Shown: positions 12,300-24,162 of the stretch, in pieces | How the letters are laid out: every line of letters starts with the position of its first letter | How positions within the stretch are numbered: the stretch's first letter is position 1 | From: Albugo candida | Taxonomy: Eukaryota | Assembly (NCBI GenBank): GCA_040437565.1 | Contig: JBDOQK010000090.1 | Coordinates: 1-52,582 of the forward strand | DNA length: 52,582 bases | Reading direction: 5' to 3' | Notes under the pieces: generated by a model | Seen by the model: only the letters and a program-made list of their open reading frames with translations | Told to the model about the DNA's origin: nothing | The model's database searches: none | Translations under genes and position numbers: made by a program

Positions 12300-13400
12300 C
12301 ATAAATAATCAGTGATTGGGTAGATATCGGCCGTAATGGCCGAAGAATACTTTTGGAAGCAATGAAACGGAAGCGTGAGATTCAAGGGAGCAAGAAAGAT
12401 AACATCAAGTAGCAGAAGACATCTGAAAGATTAAACAGCCCGCTAGATTGATTGACATTATAATATCGGAGAAGTAGCAAACTCATACATCTTATTTTTA
12501 AGTGATTTAAATCGCTTTTGATAGCAGTACCAACAGAAATGATAGCTGCTTTACGGGTCTAGTGAATTCAGCTGCGCAAAACATTTCGCGGCTCGTCTTT
12601 GTCGATTATAGTCCCTTTACGTAGTACCTATAACAAATATGAATAGCAACTACTCGCTGCACTACTTGCATTTCCATATCCACTTGTCGTATGAGCTAAA
12701 GAAGACCACGACGATGGGATGCACTATAACGGGGAAAATACATCAAAAGCCAATTGTATATCTTGTACAAATTTTCTTGTGCGTCTTTTAATGTATACTG
12801 TTTGGATGGTGAACGATATGAAGGGCTGTCAGTCATTTGCTTTGACCTCTTTTATCGAAAAATATGTTAACGAAGTCACACGAATGAAATCGTGCCTTCT
12901 TCGCATTGATATGTTTTCACTGGACCCTTCACTTATTATTTATTCAATGTTCCCGTATCCGTTCATTTCTCTCTTGTTGAATATAATATAGGAAGTATCA
13001 GATCACTAAAGCAGAATCCTTTTTAAATATCACCTTGAAATCGAGTTGACGATACGAATTTCATACTTCAAAAATAGCGATGGTAGATCTAGTTTTATAC
13101 TGATCTCACATCAATCATGAATTCTTATTATATAGCTTGACAGAAATCTAGAAGTCACCACCTGTAACATTCTCTTCTCAACGTACATGATGGCTTATTC
13201 AACAGGAGGATACCGCATACTCATACCATATTCGGTTCTATTTCCAAGCTGATACCATCTACTCGTTTCTCTACAAGTCGAATAGCATCCTCTCATAAAT
13301 GCTTTCATTTTAGAGCATTGTAAATGAGCTTGAGCTTGAAATACAGCTATACTCAGTGAATTATCGACAAACTTCACCACTTAAGGAATTCGCAGTCATA
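12300..13400 (-). mobile_element. Possible highly decayed Ty3/gypsy integrase relic
   Basis: Faint ordered echoes: C..C (RGCYSTCRE), ISIKLDLPS...IV (cf. ISMDFITDLP), AAEF (cf. LAEFAYN). No ORF. Confidence 0.25.
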
Positions 13401-14499
13401 ATGTAGATGATGATGTAAGACTACCCAGCTACTACATCTTAGCAGTGTTGTCTAAAAACGCTGTATAATATCGGTTCTTACTTCTAATTCGGCTGAGCGC
13501 TTGTGTGTCAGTTTCTTAAGATCATTGAGTGTACTATATTGAATTAGACTGCACACTATGCTGTCAAAAAAATTTCAATAGGGTATACAATGTTCACTAA
13601 ACCCATTCAGAAATCTGATATCGACTGAGAATAAGCTACATGGATTATTTTCCATGTAACTTGATGGTCTATTGGACAGATGAGATGTAGAGCATTATCC
13701 CGGGTACTTATCTCACTTCATTCAAATGCACAGCTAGCGCATTGGTGTATGGGATACGCTCTAGTAACCACAGTTCGCAAACTTATTTGCATCATCTTTC
13801 CTGGTCACTTGAATAATGTATGCCCGATTTGTAAGCGCATTCAGTTTCAGCTTACCTGACCAAGTTGGATAATCAAGACTGGGTGCAGCGCTTTCCTTTG
13901 AGTCAGCATACGAGCAAGATTAAATACAAATTTCCTTTTCCAAAAAAGGCTTGAACTCTGTATCTCATGAATTTATACTTACCAAGTCATATGAACATAA
14001 AAATGATTGGTAAGCATGTTGGGAGCCTCACAATTCGATAATGCCCACTGCGCTTTAGTTTTGGATGGGTAGAGTGTATTAGAGTGATATCGGGAGATGA
14101 TGACTTTTATCGAGACTAACTTTTAGATAGCTGATGTGAAATTGTACTATTCCGTGCTGGCTGTCTACTACAAAAGTGCCAACCACGTCCACTACAAGCG
14201 ACGAACATTGAACAAAATGACAAATATACATCGAGAAAACGTTTCGTAAAAATACTTCTGAGAGATGATAATATGTCTTCTCGTTGATATTCCTGTACTA
14301 CAGTAGCCTCATACACCTTAATACGAGACGGTGTCCAGCTTGTAAATGCTGTGAAGTTGTAAAATTGTAAGAATGGTCCAAAAATACCTTGTTTGCAAAT
14401 TAATGTCCGCCACATTAGGCTGAAAATAGCCATCCAACTAGGACTAGGATCCGAGTTGCACTTGCATTTCCACTTGCCTGTTTCGTACCCGCAGCAACG

Positions 14500-16550
14500 A
14501 TCTTCGACGACTTCGACTCCTGAAAATCGACCGGATGATCCTTGCGTTGTGAGTTGATCCAACACCTTTGCAAGTCGAATGTGTTCGTCTTGGTCGTAAC
14601 ACTGTCTTCGATGAGTACAAACATGCGCACTAAACGTGGTGCAGATCACGGAAAGTGCTGGAATTGTCGGAGTTGCTGATCGCTGATCGAACAAGCGACG
14701 AATCATATCTGTCCAGACGAAGTGCAGTGTCAACGCTTGCAATGTAAGCCATTCATCCGATATAATTTGTTGATATTCTTTCCAATCCGACCGTAGTGCT
14801 GGTCAGATTGCACATGCAATTTGCGACCAACGGGGTCGGTAGGAGAAGAACTGATTTCAAGTAGGGGGTAACTCCCTCCATAATTGTGCTGTGTGATCGC
14901 ACTCTAGAAAGAGATGTTGATCGGATTCCACAGCCCCACACGAAGGCTGCGTGCACAATATAATGTCGGGCTGAACATCCTTTAAGAACCAGAAACGAGA
15001 TCGAACTGGCAACATTCGAAAGGCNNNNNNNNNNNNNNNNNNNNNNNNNNNNNNNNNNNNNNNNNNNNNNNNNNNNNNNNNNNNNNNNNNNNNNNNNNNN
15101 NNNNNNNNNNNNNNNNNNNNNNNNTTAAGAACCAGAAACGAGATCGAACTGGCAACATTCGAAAGGCTAGACGAAACTGTAAATCTTCGAAAATTGGTAA
15201 TACACGTTTCCGAAGATGCCGTGATGTAGCCATAAATGTTCCAACTCGTTCCGAATCCAGTGCGTCCAATCTCTCCCGCGATGGTCAATGTGTCCACATC
15301 GGATGACTCTTGATTAGTTCGGGAGGTTTCCAGACGATCCGTGAGAGTTGAGATCGTCGAGCAGATGGGATATAATTCTCCCTCTCCTTGCTTTGTACTC
15401 CCATAAAAAACGATCTGCGACTTGTGTTTGGTTGGATCCAAGTCATGCGACCAATCGTCGAGTGCACTGCAGTATTTGAGTGACTTCATTGTAAAGTCGA
15501 CTTAGCAACTCTCTTCAGCCACATCCGATGTGTTCAGCTCTTCGTCGTTGTAATAGTTGGCGACGAAATCTTCTTTCGATGGCCATGTGTCGCTTTCTCG
15601 AAAAAAGTCTTGCAGACTGCGAATCTCGAAAATCATAGCGAACGATTTTCAGAAATATTCGATGTGGTTCGTCCACCATGCCAAGATTGTACCAAACGTT
15701 TTGCGTACTCGGATGGCGAGTAGCAGCTGCATAGTGTAATTCTTGGTCGTAGTAAAACCACATTGGTTGTGCCATGTAGTATTGACGGCGTTGGAGAACT
15801 GTCAAATCTGCAATTGTAATGCTTCAATCCGTCTGATACCACATTTTGAATTTGTGTTTCCACCACGCAGATGTGCTCTCCCATTGAACCATTTTCCCAT
15901 GTCTATGTAGTGCGATAGTAAATATATCCATCGGCTCGTGTGATCCAATGGAAGGTTGAATAAGCTGTAATAATTCCGTCGAAGCAGTTGTCCAATTCGC
16001 AGGAATAATTGTCGGCATATCGGATGCGAACTGCTGAAGGAATTGACGTCGTTGTAGCTTTAGTCACCCACCGAAAAAAAGAACTTGTAGTCCACCATCT
16101 TGTCGCCGAAGATTTAAAAAATTTTGCTGAGTACGTGGACGTGTTTCGAATGTTTTTTGTATCAACAGGGCAGTAATAGCTCATTTATCCTAAAAACGCT
16201 CCAATCTAGCATCCAATCCTATATAGACTCATTCCATTAGATCAAGTCCTTATTCCTTACCTAGTATCCTTGCTGCATGCGTGCAAAACTTATCCATCTG
16301 ATCCAGCTGGCAACGTGATCTAGTTAGTTACTATCGATATCATATTGACCCATCGTTTCCTGGCAGAAAACGTGTACTATCGTCCTGTGAAGAACTTCTT
16401 CCATTTTCCATGATTCCAACACGAAGCATCAAATTCGATGTGATGCGTTGATTGACAGTATAGTATAGCTTGTATGCAGCCAAATGGACATCCGGTTTGG
16501 GTTGTAGGACAGGTGATAATGTCACTGAATGAATTCGCTGGAAGTCATGA
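14500..16550 (-). mobile_element. Decayed L1-like non-LTR retrotransposon, ORF2 C-terminal region with zf-RVT zinc knuckle; ends approximate
   Basis: LPIFEDLQFRLAFRMLPVRSRFWFL...C..PSCGAVESDQHLFLECDHTAQLW, then LHFVWTD..RRLFD. Fragmented over several frames and spans the gap at 15025-15124. Confidence 0.8.
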
Positions 16551-17306
16551 TTGGTCTTCTTCTGATCTATTCTAATACGCTTTCATGCCAACTATATGTG
16601 TGCAAGTGATATTGAACCATCCTTTACGGAAAGTGCTATAGCCATACGTTCAACGGAAAGCAGCGCAGGCAGTTAGTAAATTCAAAATTCAATCCAAAGC
16701 TAAACATGAGTGTGAGACTGATCAGAGTGCAATCAGACCAGTCGAATAGTAAATGCTCGACGCAAGTCATATTACACACCGAGTCTTATGCGATGTACAT
16801 TCTTTTACGAGGGATAAATCGTATTTCTTCTTGTTGATCGCATACCCCTCTTTGAACTGAGAATACAAGAGTATTAAGATCATCTAAGATGCAAAGCACA
16901 ACATCTTGCACGTGATGTCTTAATTGAGATGAATGCGTGGCGTAGTGATCTACGTAAGTATTTTCTCATTGCACGTGATAGAGGTATGTTTACGTGAGAA
17001 GGGTTATAGCTTGACAATTACTGAGACACATCTAATTGTCATACATTTATGACGACGGCAATGAGAAAGTTATGTAAAGGGGACTTCTGTGAGAATGTGG
17101 CGGTATTTTAGTATGGTAACACACCTACAGTAGAAATGAAGGAACAATGTCACTTGGAGATCGAAGTAATAGATGTAAATGCGAAGTATTTATCAGTTTG
17201 ATTCTTGCTATGTTCAGATGAGAGACAATTGGAAATAAGCAAAAAGACGTATTGAGATTCTATTGATGGACAATGCGCTCCGATGTTAACATCTGTGATG
17301 CTCCAA

Positions 17307-19105
17307 TCAATATATGGTGTGACCACCACCGGTCTTCCTTTGGCGCTTGTTGTTTCCTTCTGTAGCTTCAGCATCGGAGCGGGTCCGTTTGCCCGTTATC
17401 TTGTCCTTGCCAATACCAAAAGCACGATCTACATCTCGCAATAGTGTCTGCCGAAGATTGTAATTATATGGAATCTGCGGTCCGGCTTTCAGTTGGTGCA
17501 AGTCAGACAACCTTTTGGAAATTTATTCCTATACTCCACCATCCATACGTATTGATTCGTCACAGATAGGACGACAACGTTTCTCTTTCGTGTGAGGCAT
17601 TTGAAGCAGCCAAACATTTCACTTCCGTTATCCGTTTTGTCCGTCCATTTGTAAAAAGTCACTATTGCTCCGATAGCGCTGGTCTCGCTACGACCGCTGA
17701 AGGATGTACTCGCCAACTCTTCCTTCGAACGCAGATTGAAACCTCCGTTGATTTTTGAGCGATTTGATTCATAAAGGCATATTGTATCCGGCATTAAGTC
17801 GATTTCTGTGCATTTGTAATTCCGAGAAAGACTGGATCTCGTCAATTGGTGACCTTGCGGATTTTCCAAAAATGACACTAAGAATGCGATTGACGAAAGT
17901 TTATATGTTGAACTCTTGGGGAAGTATTTTTGGCACGAGAATTCGTTGTGTTCAAAATGTTGGATCAGGAAACACCCACCATGGCCATTCGACACATGAT
18001 TACCCTTTGGTGCAAGTTCATTGCGTTCCAATACTGTAAAAGTGTCATGCGTAGGTTTTAAAGTGTCCACATGAACGGCCTCCAACATGCATCCGTCATC
18101 GTAATCAACTAAACCACATTCGGCGATGCAATTGATCAATTTGGGATGGAAACGTTGGGCGAATACATAAACCAAAAACTTCCCATTCCCATGTGTTCCA
18201 AATCGTTTGACACTGTCGACTACCACCATCCCCCGAGATCGTTCTCGCAGGCAAGTCCAGCAAGACCGTCGATCCGAATATAAGCGCGCTGTTGAAATGC
18301 AGATTGCTCTTGACAAAATACCACCAAGACCCATCATAAGCAGTTTATCATCTTTCTCGAAATACCTCGTCTGCAACGTATAATCATCACCAGGCCAATA
18401 CACGTGAGGAAGCATTGCGGGCTTATTTTGCTTGTATTTTTTGGCTTTTATTTTGTGGCGAAAAATCATGCAAAGGGAATCTTTGAGAACAATGGTTTCT
18501 CCTCTGCACATGAGAAAATCGTAGCACGACTTGACGAAGTTGACAGCATCCGATGTGTATATCACATAAAGCTGAGTCATTCTTTCAGTGAAAATACCAT
18601 ATTTCTCCATGCTGCCGGTATCGCTTTTCATTTTAAAACATGCTTCACATAAGGGGGAATGATTCTTATTGGGCCTATAAAGGCACAGCGCTTTCGATCT
18701 TTTCCCACTTGGCGGAATAGAATTCCCCGCTTTTGACTGAGAAACGACCGGATTTGATGGTAGATGCAGCTCATTCATTAGCGCGAATTGTGATTTCTCC
18801 CACTCAGTGCTTGGCAAAACAAATAAGTGAGGAATGAAGTATCCGCAGGTGTGCTTACTAGAGCAAAGTATCAGATTAGTTTCGATATAATCTATCAATC
18901 CCAATACCAAGTAGCTTGTGCCTTGATATGCATCTTCTCCTTCGTATTCTTCGACTTGAAGTGCCCCCGTTTCTTCCAAAAGGCATCGCTGACAGTCTAC
19001 AAATATGCTTGTCGGCGCGATGAGTACCATTGATCCAAATTGAGCAGCGTTGCATGTGAAAACGCAGTAGAGCACGGCAACACCAGGGAACCAACTCATT
19101 CTCAT
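17307..19105 (-). CDS. Secreted CCG (CHxC)-class candidate effector; main ORF ends at 17489, with a frameshifted C-terminal tail continuing to 17307
   Basis: ATG at 19105 (or 19099) gives a signal-peptide-like MRMSWFPGVAVLYCVFTCNA, then CQRCLLEETG = CxxCxxxxxG. Collinear Cys pattern with the genes at 40.8 kb and 52.1 kb. ORF 17307-17510 (PQIPYNYNLRQ) aligns with the paralog tails (GEVAYDSYLRQ). Confidence 0.8.
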
Positions 19106-20174
19106 CGTAGAGATGGAGAATAAACAAAGTGACGTCAAATGGCAGGAAGTTGTGTGTATGACCGCATAACCTCGTATACCAAATAGTGCATTCTGTAAAG
19201 CTCATACAAAAACTTCGGCTTTCATACTTTAGAAGCTGATAAATATGGTCAACGTTGATGACATTATCGTAATTTATAGAATTTATATTCGAAGCTCACA
19301 AAGTCGTAGCAGGAAGAATAGAAAAGTTGTTATCAAAGGTGTATTAAGATGTATATCGTTTTGTTGGGTCTTCTCTCCTCTAAATAACCCTATGCCCTAA
19401 TCACCGTGGGAAGGGGTATCGATGATAGACATTCTATATCTGGTCTGGGATTGGGTTACTGATAACTGATACCGCGAGTGCATTCCGTCGGTTTTGTTGG
19501 CTAAAAAGGATGGATAGGGTGCGATGCATTGTGTGTATTTGATTGTATTTGTGGTGAAGACTACACTGAAAAGCATTCGGCTGATTGCCACTTTCGAAGA
19601 GTACGGAGCAGAACAAACTTGAGTCGCTGCATCCCTCATGCTTGTAATGTTTGGTTCTAGATCGGGGTGCGTCATAAGGTATAATGCAGCACGATTTGCA
19701 TTTGTGGTCGTAGACAGTTGTCGTATTTTTCCATTTGTGCATCTACTCTCCAATGAATGAAACTCAATATTGCTATACTGTACACATGAAACCACATTTA
19801 TCACTTAATTGTAAAACACTAAACAGAAATTACAACAATGGTCTGAAATCGTTGCTATAAAGATCTTTGGGGAAATAAGTCTGTCACGAACGCGATAAAA
19901 GGCAAGGGATTGTGATGCTCGTCACATCATAGATCACCATTCATATTTACGTATCGGAGCCTTTCAATACGAATTTATTGAATCTTGTTACTGGATTAAG
20001 AGACATATTTGTCATATGATCAGCAGATTGGCGGTGCGCACGAAACAGAGTCAAATTACAAAAGAAATGAAATGACGCACAGCAAAAGTATTCGATGTCA
20101 TTGAGTATTTCAGATTGTAGCTGTTGCTCGTGACATGATCGATGGCCAAAATACGCTTTGACAGCCAATTCACA

Positions 20175-21278
20175 TCAATTGGTTTGACGGAATAAAAACT
20201 TTTGCACATTTGGATGAGAATAGAGAGCTGAATGACTGACTAGCGCACAAAGAATTGCTTCAAAAGATTTCTCTCTCTTTCGAATAGTTTGTGCGTTGTT
20301 GCGGTAAAAGTACGTAATGACACCCGAAGACGGAAGCGGTGGCACACACAATCGAAATAAATGAAAGTTTTTCATCGATTGATACAGTGCTTTGAAATCA
20401 TTGTAACGTTTCTTCAGAGGCTGTTTCCATCGCGTTGTGTGCTCAGAGTCTCTTATTTGAATATGATACACAACCACTCCGTTTTCTATGAAAGTGCCAG
20501 CGACGGAGAATCGCATTTTCACATCTGATTTGTTGCTGTGTGGATATTTCTTTGTTTCATATGCAAATTCGTCCGACTTCTCCTCAGAATGGCTCTCATT
20601 GTAATTTGATTCGTTTTCACACAAATGTTTGACATTTTCGCTTTGATTCACTTCGACTTTATCGGATACGTCGAAAACATGGAAATCAAATACTCTGATT
20701 GGATGACTAGTTTCTGCAGCCTCGATATTTGACATTCTTATTGGTTCATTAGCTCCTATGGCATTCGATTCATACGCTCGGATTGGTTGATTCGTTTCAA
20801 AATCCTCCAATAACCACACTGATTTACTTCGCAGTGCATCATAATCGAGCGTCTCGAATCTGTGCGCGAGTGTTGCTCTTTCACTTCCTCTACTCATTGC
20901 CATTGTGAGCGAATTATTGTATGCATCAGCAGAATCCAACTGAGTTGAACAAATCGGGTTCGAATAGTCTGAAGTGATTTTTATCGTCGAAAAACTAAAG
21001 TTGGTAAGAATTCCTTGGACCAAAATGCGATTTGCATTGCTTGTTCCGTCCTTTTGGCTTTTTACAGAAGTACATGAATGTTTTGTGTGTATTTCGATTT
21101 TGTTTCTGATATGATGAGGTGTATCTGTTAAGAGTTGGCTTCCAAATCGCTTATCAGTTACTAACAAATGATTCGTACAATCTTTAAACGAGAGGGTCGT
21201 CTGTGTACCGCAATGTCGCCACGTTATTCTCTGCTGTGGCACCAATGCAGATGCTGATTTCGACTGATTGCAGCCCAT
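20175..21278 (-). CDS. PX (phox homology) domain protein with N-terminal MGCNQSK dual-acylation motif, ~367 aa
   Basis: C-terminal VVVYHIQI...KKRYNDFKALY...PPLP...IRKREKSFEAIL...HPNVQKFL is a PX pattern. First true ATG at 21278. Confidence 0.85.
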   Translation of the reverse strand: MGCNQSKSASALVPQQRITWRHCGTQTTLSFKDCTNHLLVTDKRFGSQLLTDTPHHIRNKIEIHTKHSCTSVKSQKDGTSNANRILVQGILTNFSFSTIKITSDYSNPICSTQLDSADAYNNSLTMAMSRGSERATLAHRFETLDYDALRSKSVWLLEDFETNQPIRAYESNAIGANEPIRMSNIEAAETSHPIRVFDFHVFDVSDKVEVNQSENVKHLCENESNYNESHSEEKSDEFAYETKKYPHSNKSDVKMRFSVAGTFIENGVVVYHIQIRDSEHTTRWKQPLKKRYNDFKALYQSMKNFHLFRLCVPPLPSSGVITYFYRNNAQTIRKREKSFEAILCALVSHSALYSHPNVQKFLFRQTN

Positions 21279-21395
21279 TTCCACAAGCTATCAGGCTCTT
21301 GTTGAGAGTTCGAGTAATGCATTTCATTTACACAAAAACATACTGAAAAAGGCGTCATCTTTTTGAGACGAACCAGAAAATGTTGATGGCATTTT

Positions 21396-21404
21396 GGCCA
21401 ATCA
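21396..21404. promoter_or_regulatory. CCAAT box upstream of the PX gene at 21278
   Basis: GGCCAATCA, ~120 bp upstream of the ATG in a 230-bp intergenic spacer. Confidence 0.45.
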
Positions 21405-21508
21405 ATTGAAGCTCTGAAAATAAAAATACAAATGCGTTTGAATCAGATACGCTGACTATTATCAGATAGTATTATCAGATCTACTCAGATGGCTACTAGA
21501 AATGACGT

Positions 21509-22159
21509 TTAGCGCAAAAATTCCTGGAAAGCTGAGCTGTTCCTCGCGACGGGATGACGAGAGATAGTATTTAGAATCTCCAAAAAGCGAGATTCACGCC
21601 TCTTTTTTAATGCAGCAGAGTTATTTCCATACCAAAATGGTGCCAATTCGGGTCGAGGCAGTGCAGGTAGCGCAGGATACGTCTTAAACATTTCACTTTG
21701 GTTTGATGGCACATGCTCATGGCGTACCATAAGTTTCTCCACTTTCCGGTACAAACTGCTGAATTCATTGTATCGCTTTGTAATTGTTACGCGGACTTCA
21801 GTGTCCTTCAATACGTCGGTGCTATATTGGTAATAAGTGATCCCGCCTTTTGTTATAATTCCTCTGCTGACAAACACTCCTGTCTTCCCGTCCAATTCCA
21901 TTTCTATGGCAACATCAGAAGCTGAGTCCAATTGTTCTGTCAATTGCGAGGTCTGTGCCAGCATTTCTTCCACCACATCATTCACTTCATTCACTTCCTC
22001 ATTGTGATCTTCTTCTTGATTCGTTTCAGGAGATTCGATCTTCTCTACTTCCACTGTGACTGCGGATTTCTCTACTTCCACTTTGTCAATATTTTGATCC
22101 GTAGGCAGAGTGTTTGTCGATGATTCGATCGCAATATTTTTGGATTGTTTGCAGCCCAT
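21509..22159 (-). CDS. PX domain protein with N-terminal MGCKQSK motif and acidic linker, 216 aa
   Basis: ITYYQY...TKRYNEFSSLY...PALP...KKRRESRFLEILN...HPVARNSSAFQEFL. Confidence 0.85.
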   Translation of the reverse strand: MGCKQSKNIAIESSTNTLPTDQNIDKVEVEKSAVTVEVEKIESPETNQEEDHNEEVNEVNDVVEEMLAQTSQLTEQLDSASDVAIEMELDGKTGVFVSRGIITKGGITYYQYSTDVLKDTEVRVTITKRYNEFSSLYRKVEKLMVRHEHVPSNQSEMFKTYPALPALPRPELAPFWYGNNSAALKKRRESRFLEILNTISRHPVARNSSAFQEFLR

Positions 22160-22417
22160 TTCGTTTCAAAAAGCGTAATGATCCATTAACGCGACTGCAT
22201 TGCGTGGTAGAGACACATGAACGCAAGTCACAGTCCATTTCTATGCCGATGAAACGTGAACCGTTCCTTTACCGCACTCTTAATGCAAACACAACCGTAA
22301 CTAAGGAAAAGCTTGATTTCTTTCCGAACTTAAGAAATTCTAAAGAAAATTATAAAAATGCAACGTATGCAAAAGTTCGAATCCTTTCGATTGAATCGCT
22401 TTCCTCCTAAAGGGCTC

Positions 22418-24024
22418 TTATTGCTGTTGGCATTGGACGCGTTGACCGCCTCGATCGTCATCCGAGTCGTACGCTTCTCTTTGCTGCTGTTGCTCTCTTT
22501 GTGCAGCTTCAGCGTCAAAATCAGACAAAAAGCATTCTTCGGCATCGGCGATATGTGGGACAGATGGAGCTGGCGGTAAAACGGATCGGAGTGTTGACAG
22601 TTGTTTCTCAGTCATTGAGCCTGACTCTGGAAATTGGATTTTGAACATAATCACAAGCTGGCCTTTAATGAATGGATTTCCATGCGTTGGCATTCCTTCT
22701 CCTTGGATGGATTTGAACTGATTCGGTTTGATAATCTCTCCAGGATTCGTTTTGATGTGAAGATGACGTCCATCCAAATGCTCCACAATGGCTTCAAAAC
22801 CACATAATGATTCTACCAAACTAATCTTTTTTTCCATAATGAGGTTACCACCTTTTCTTTGGAAAATAGAATGTTCTTTTTCCTGAATTACAAAAATGAT
22901 ATCTCCAGGAAGAACACCAGGAGCTTGATCTGCTTCGCCTGAAAATGTGATTCGTTGACCGTGTCGCATTCCTTTTTCGATATTGACTTCGAGGACTTTG
23001 CGTTCTTTTGTGACTTTTTTGCCTTTGCACGTTTTGCATCGATCGCTTTCCCGGATAGTTTTTCCTTGTCCTCGACAATCCGAACAAACCGATTGCATCT
23101 GCTGTACCATTCCCGGTCCAATTTGTCGTAATTGAACACGCATTCCACGCCCTTGACATGTGTCACATGTCTTTTCAGCGCCTTCTGCACCACCGCGACC
23201 ATCGCATCGACTGCATAAGACATCTCGATTTACAGCCAATTTCACAGTTTTGCCATTGTATAAGTCTTCCAAAGAGACTTTGAGTGGATGCGTTAAGTCT
23301 TCACCTTTTTGTGGTCCTGTTCTTCGACGACTTCCACCTAGTTTAGCCTAGATTAATGTATATGGCATGGCGTGACACAACACATTTAGATATACCTTTG
23401 AAAAATNNNNNNNNNNNNNNNNNNNNNNNNNNNNNNNNNNNNNNNNNNNNNNNNNNNNNNNNNNNNNNNNNNNNNNNNNNNNNNNNNNNNNNNNNNNNNN
23501 NNNNNNGCCTAGATTAATGTATATGGCATGGCGTGACACAACACATTTAGATATACCTTTGAAAAATTGACTGAATAAATCACTGGCATCTGCGCCACCT
23601 GCTCCATTTTGTAAGCCTTCTTCACCGTACTACAAGACAAATTGATTAGAGATATTGCGCACGCTGAATAGACATTCGTTCACGTACCTGATCGTAAAGT
23701 TCCCGCTTCTCTGGATCTGAAAGCACTTCGTATGCCACGGTCATGTGTTTGAACTATACGAATACATGCGTATACCAAACGCAATGCATGATTATACATC
23801 ATAAAAGGCACAAACGCTCAACGTACCAATTCGGGGTCTCCACCTTTGTCCGGATGGTTTTTTAACGCTAACTTACGGTACGATTTTTTTATTTCCGTAG
23901 CTGTGGCGGTTTTCGAGACTCCAAGAATTTCGTAGAATTTATTGTTGTCCACGGGTTTTGATGCGCTAGCGCCTCCACCGTCAAACCCGCCACCAAAGAA
24001 ACTTTCAAAACCACCGCCAAACAT
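22418..24024 (-). CDS. DNAJA: Type I DnaJ/Hsp40 co-chaperone (DNAJA/YDJ1-like), 4 exons: 24024-23827, 23753-23688, 23629-23557, 23337-22418
   Basis: J-domain with HPD ([11 protein letters not shown]), four CxxCxGxG-type repeats, C-terminal CaaX-type CQQQ. GT-AG introns keep the frame; the N-gap lies in intron 3. Confidence 0.95.
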
Positions 24025-24162
24025 TATGTACGTGTCTGTAGCTTGATTTGTTGATTCTCTATCGAGTTATGGTGCGTGAGGACAAAACGTTAATTACCCG
24101 ACTGAGTGGTAGAAAAGGAAATCTTTATGATTTTCTATAATCCTTCGATAGGACCACCAATA

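Noticed and set aside
14982-15167. 43-bp direct repeat in the L1 relic
   Set aside because: Identical flanks of a 100-N gap; assembly artefact.
23346-23567. 61-bp direct repeat or extra exon in the DnaJ gene
   Set aside because: Gap-flank duplication; removing it leaves a normal ~58-bp intron and a complete protein.
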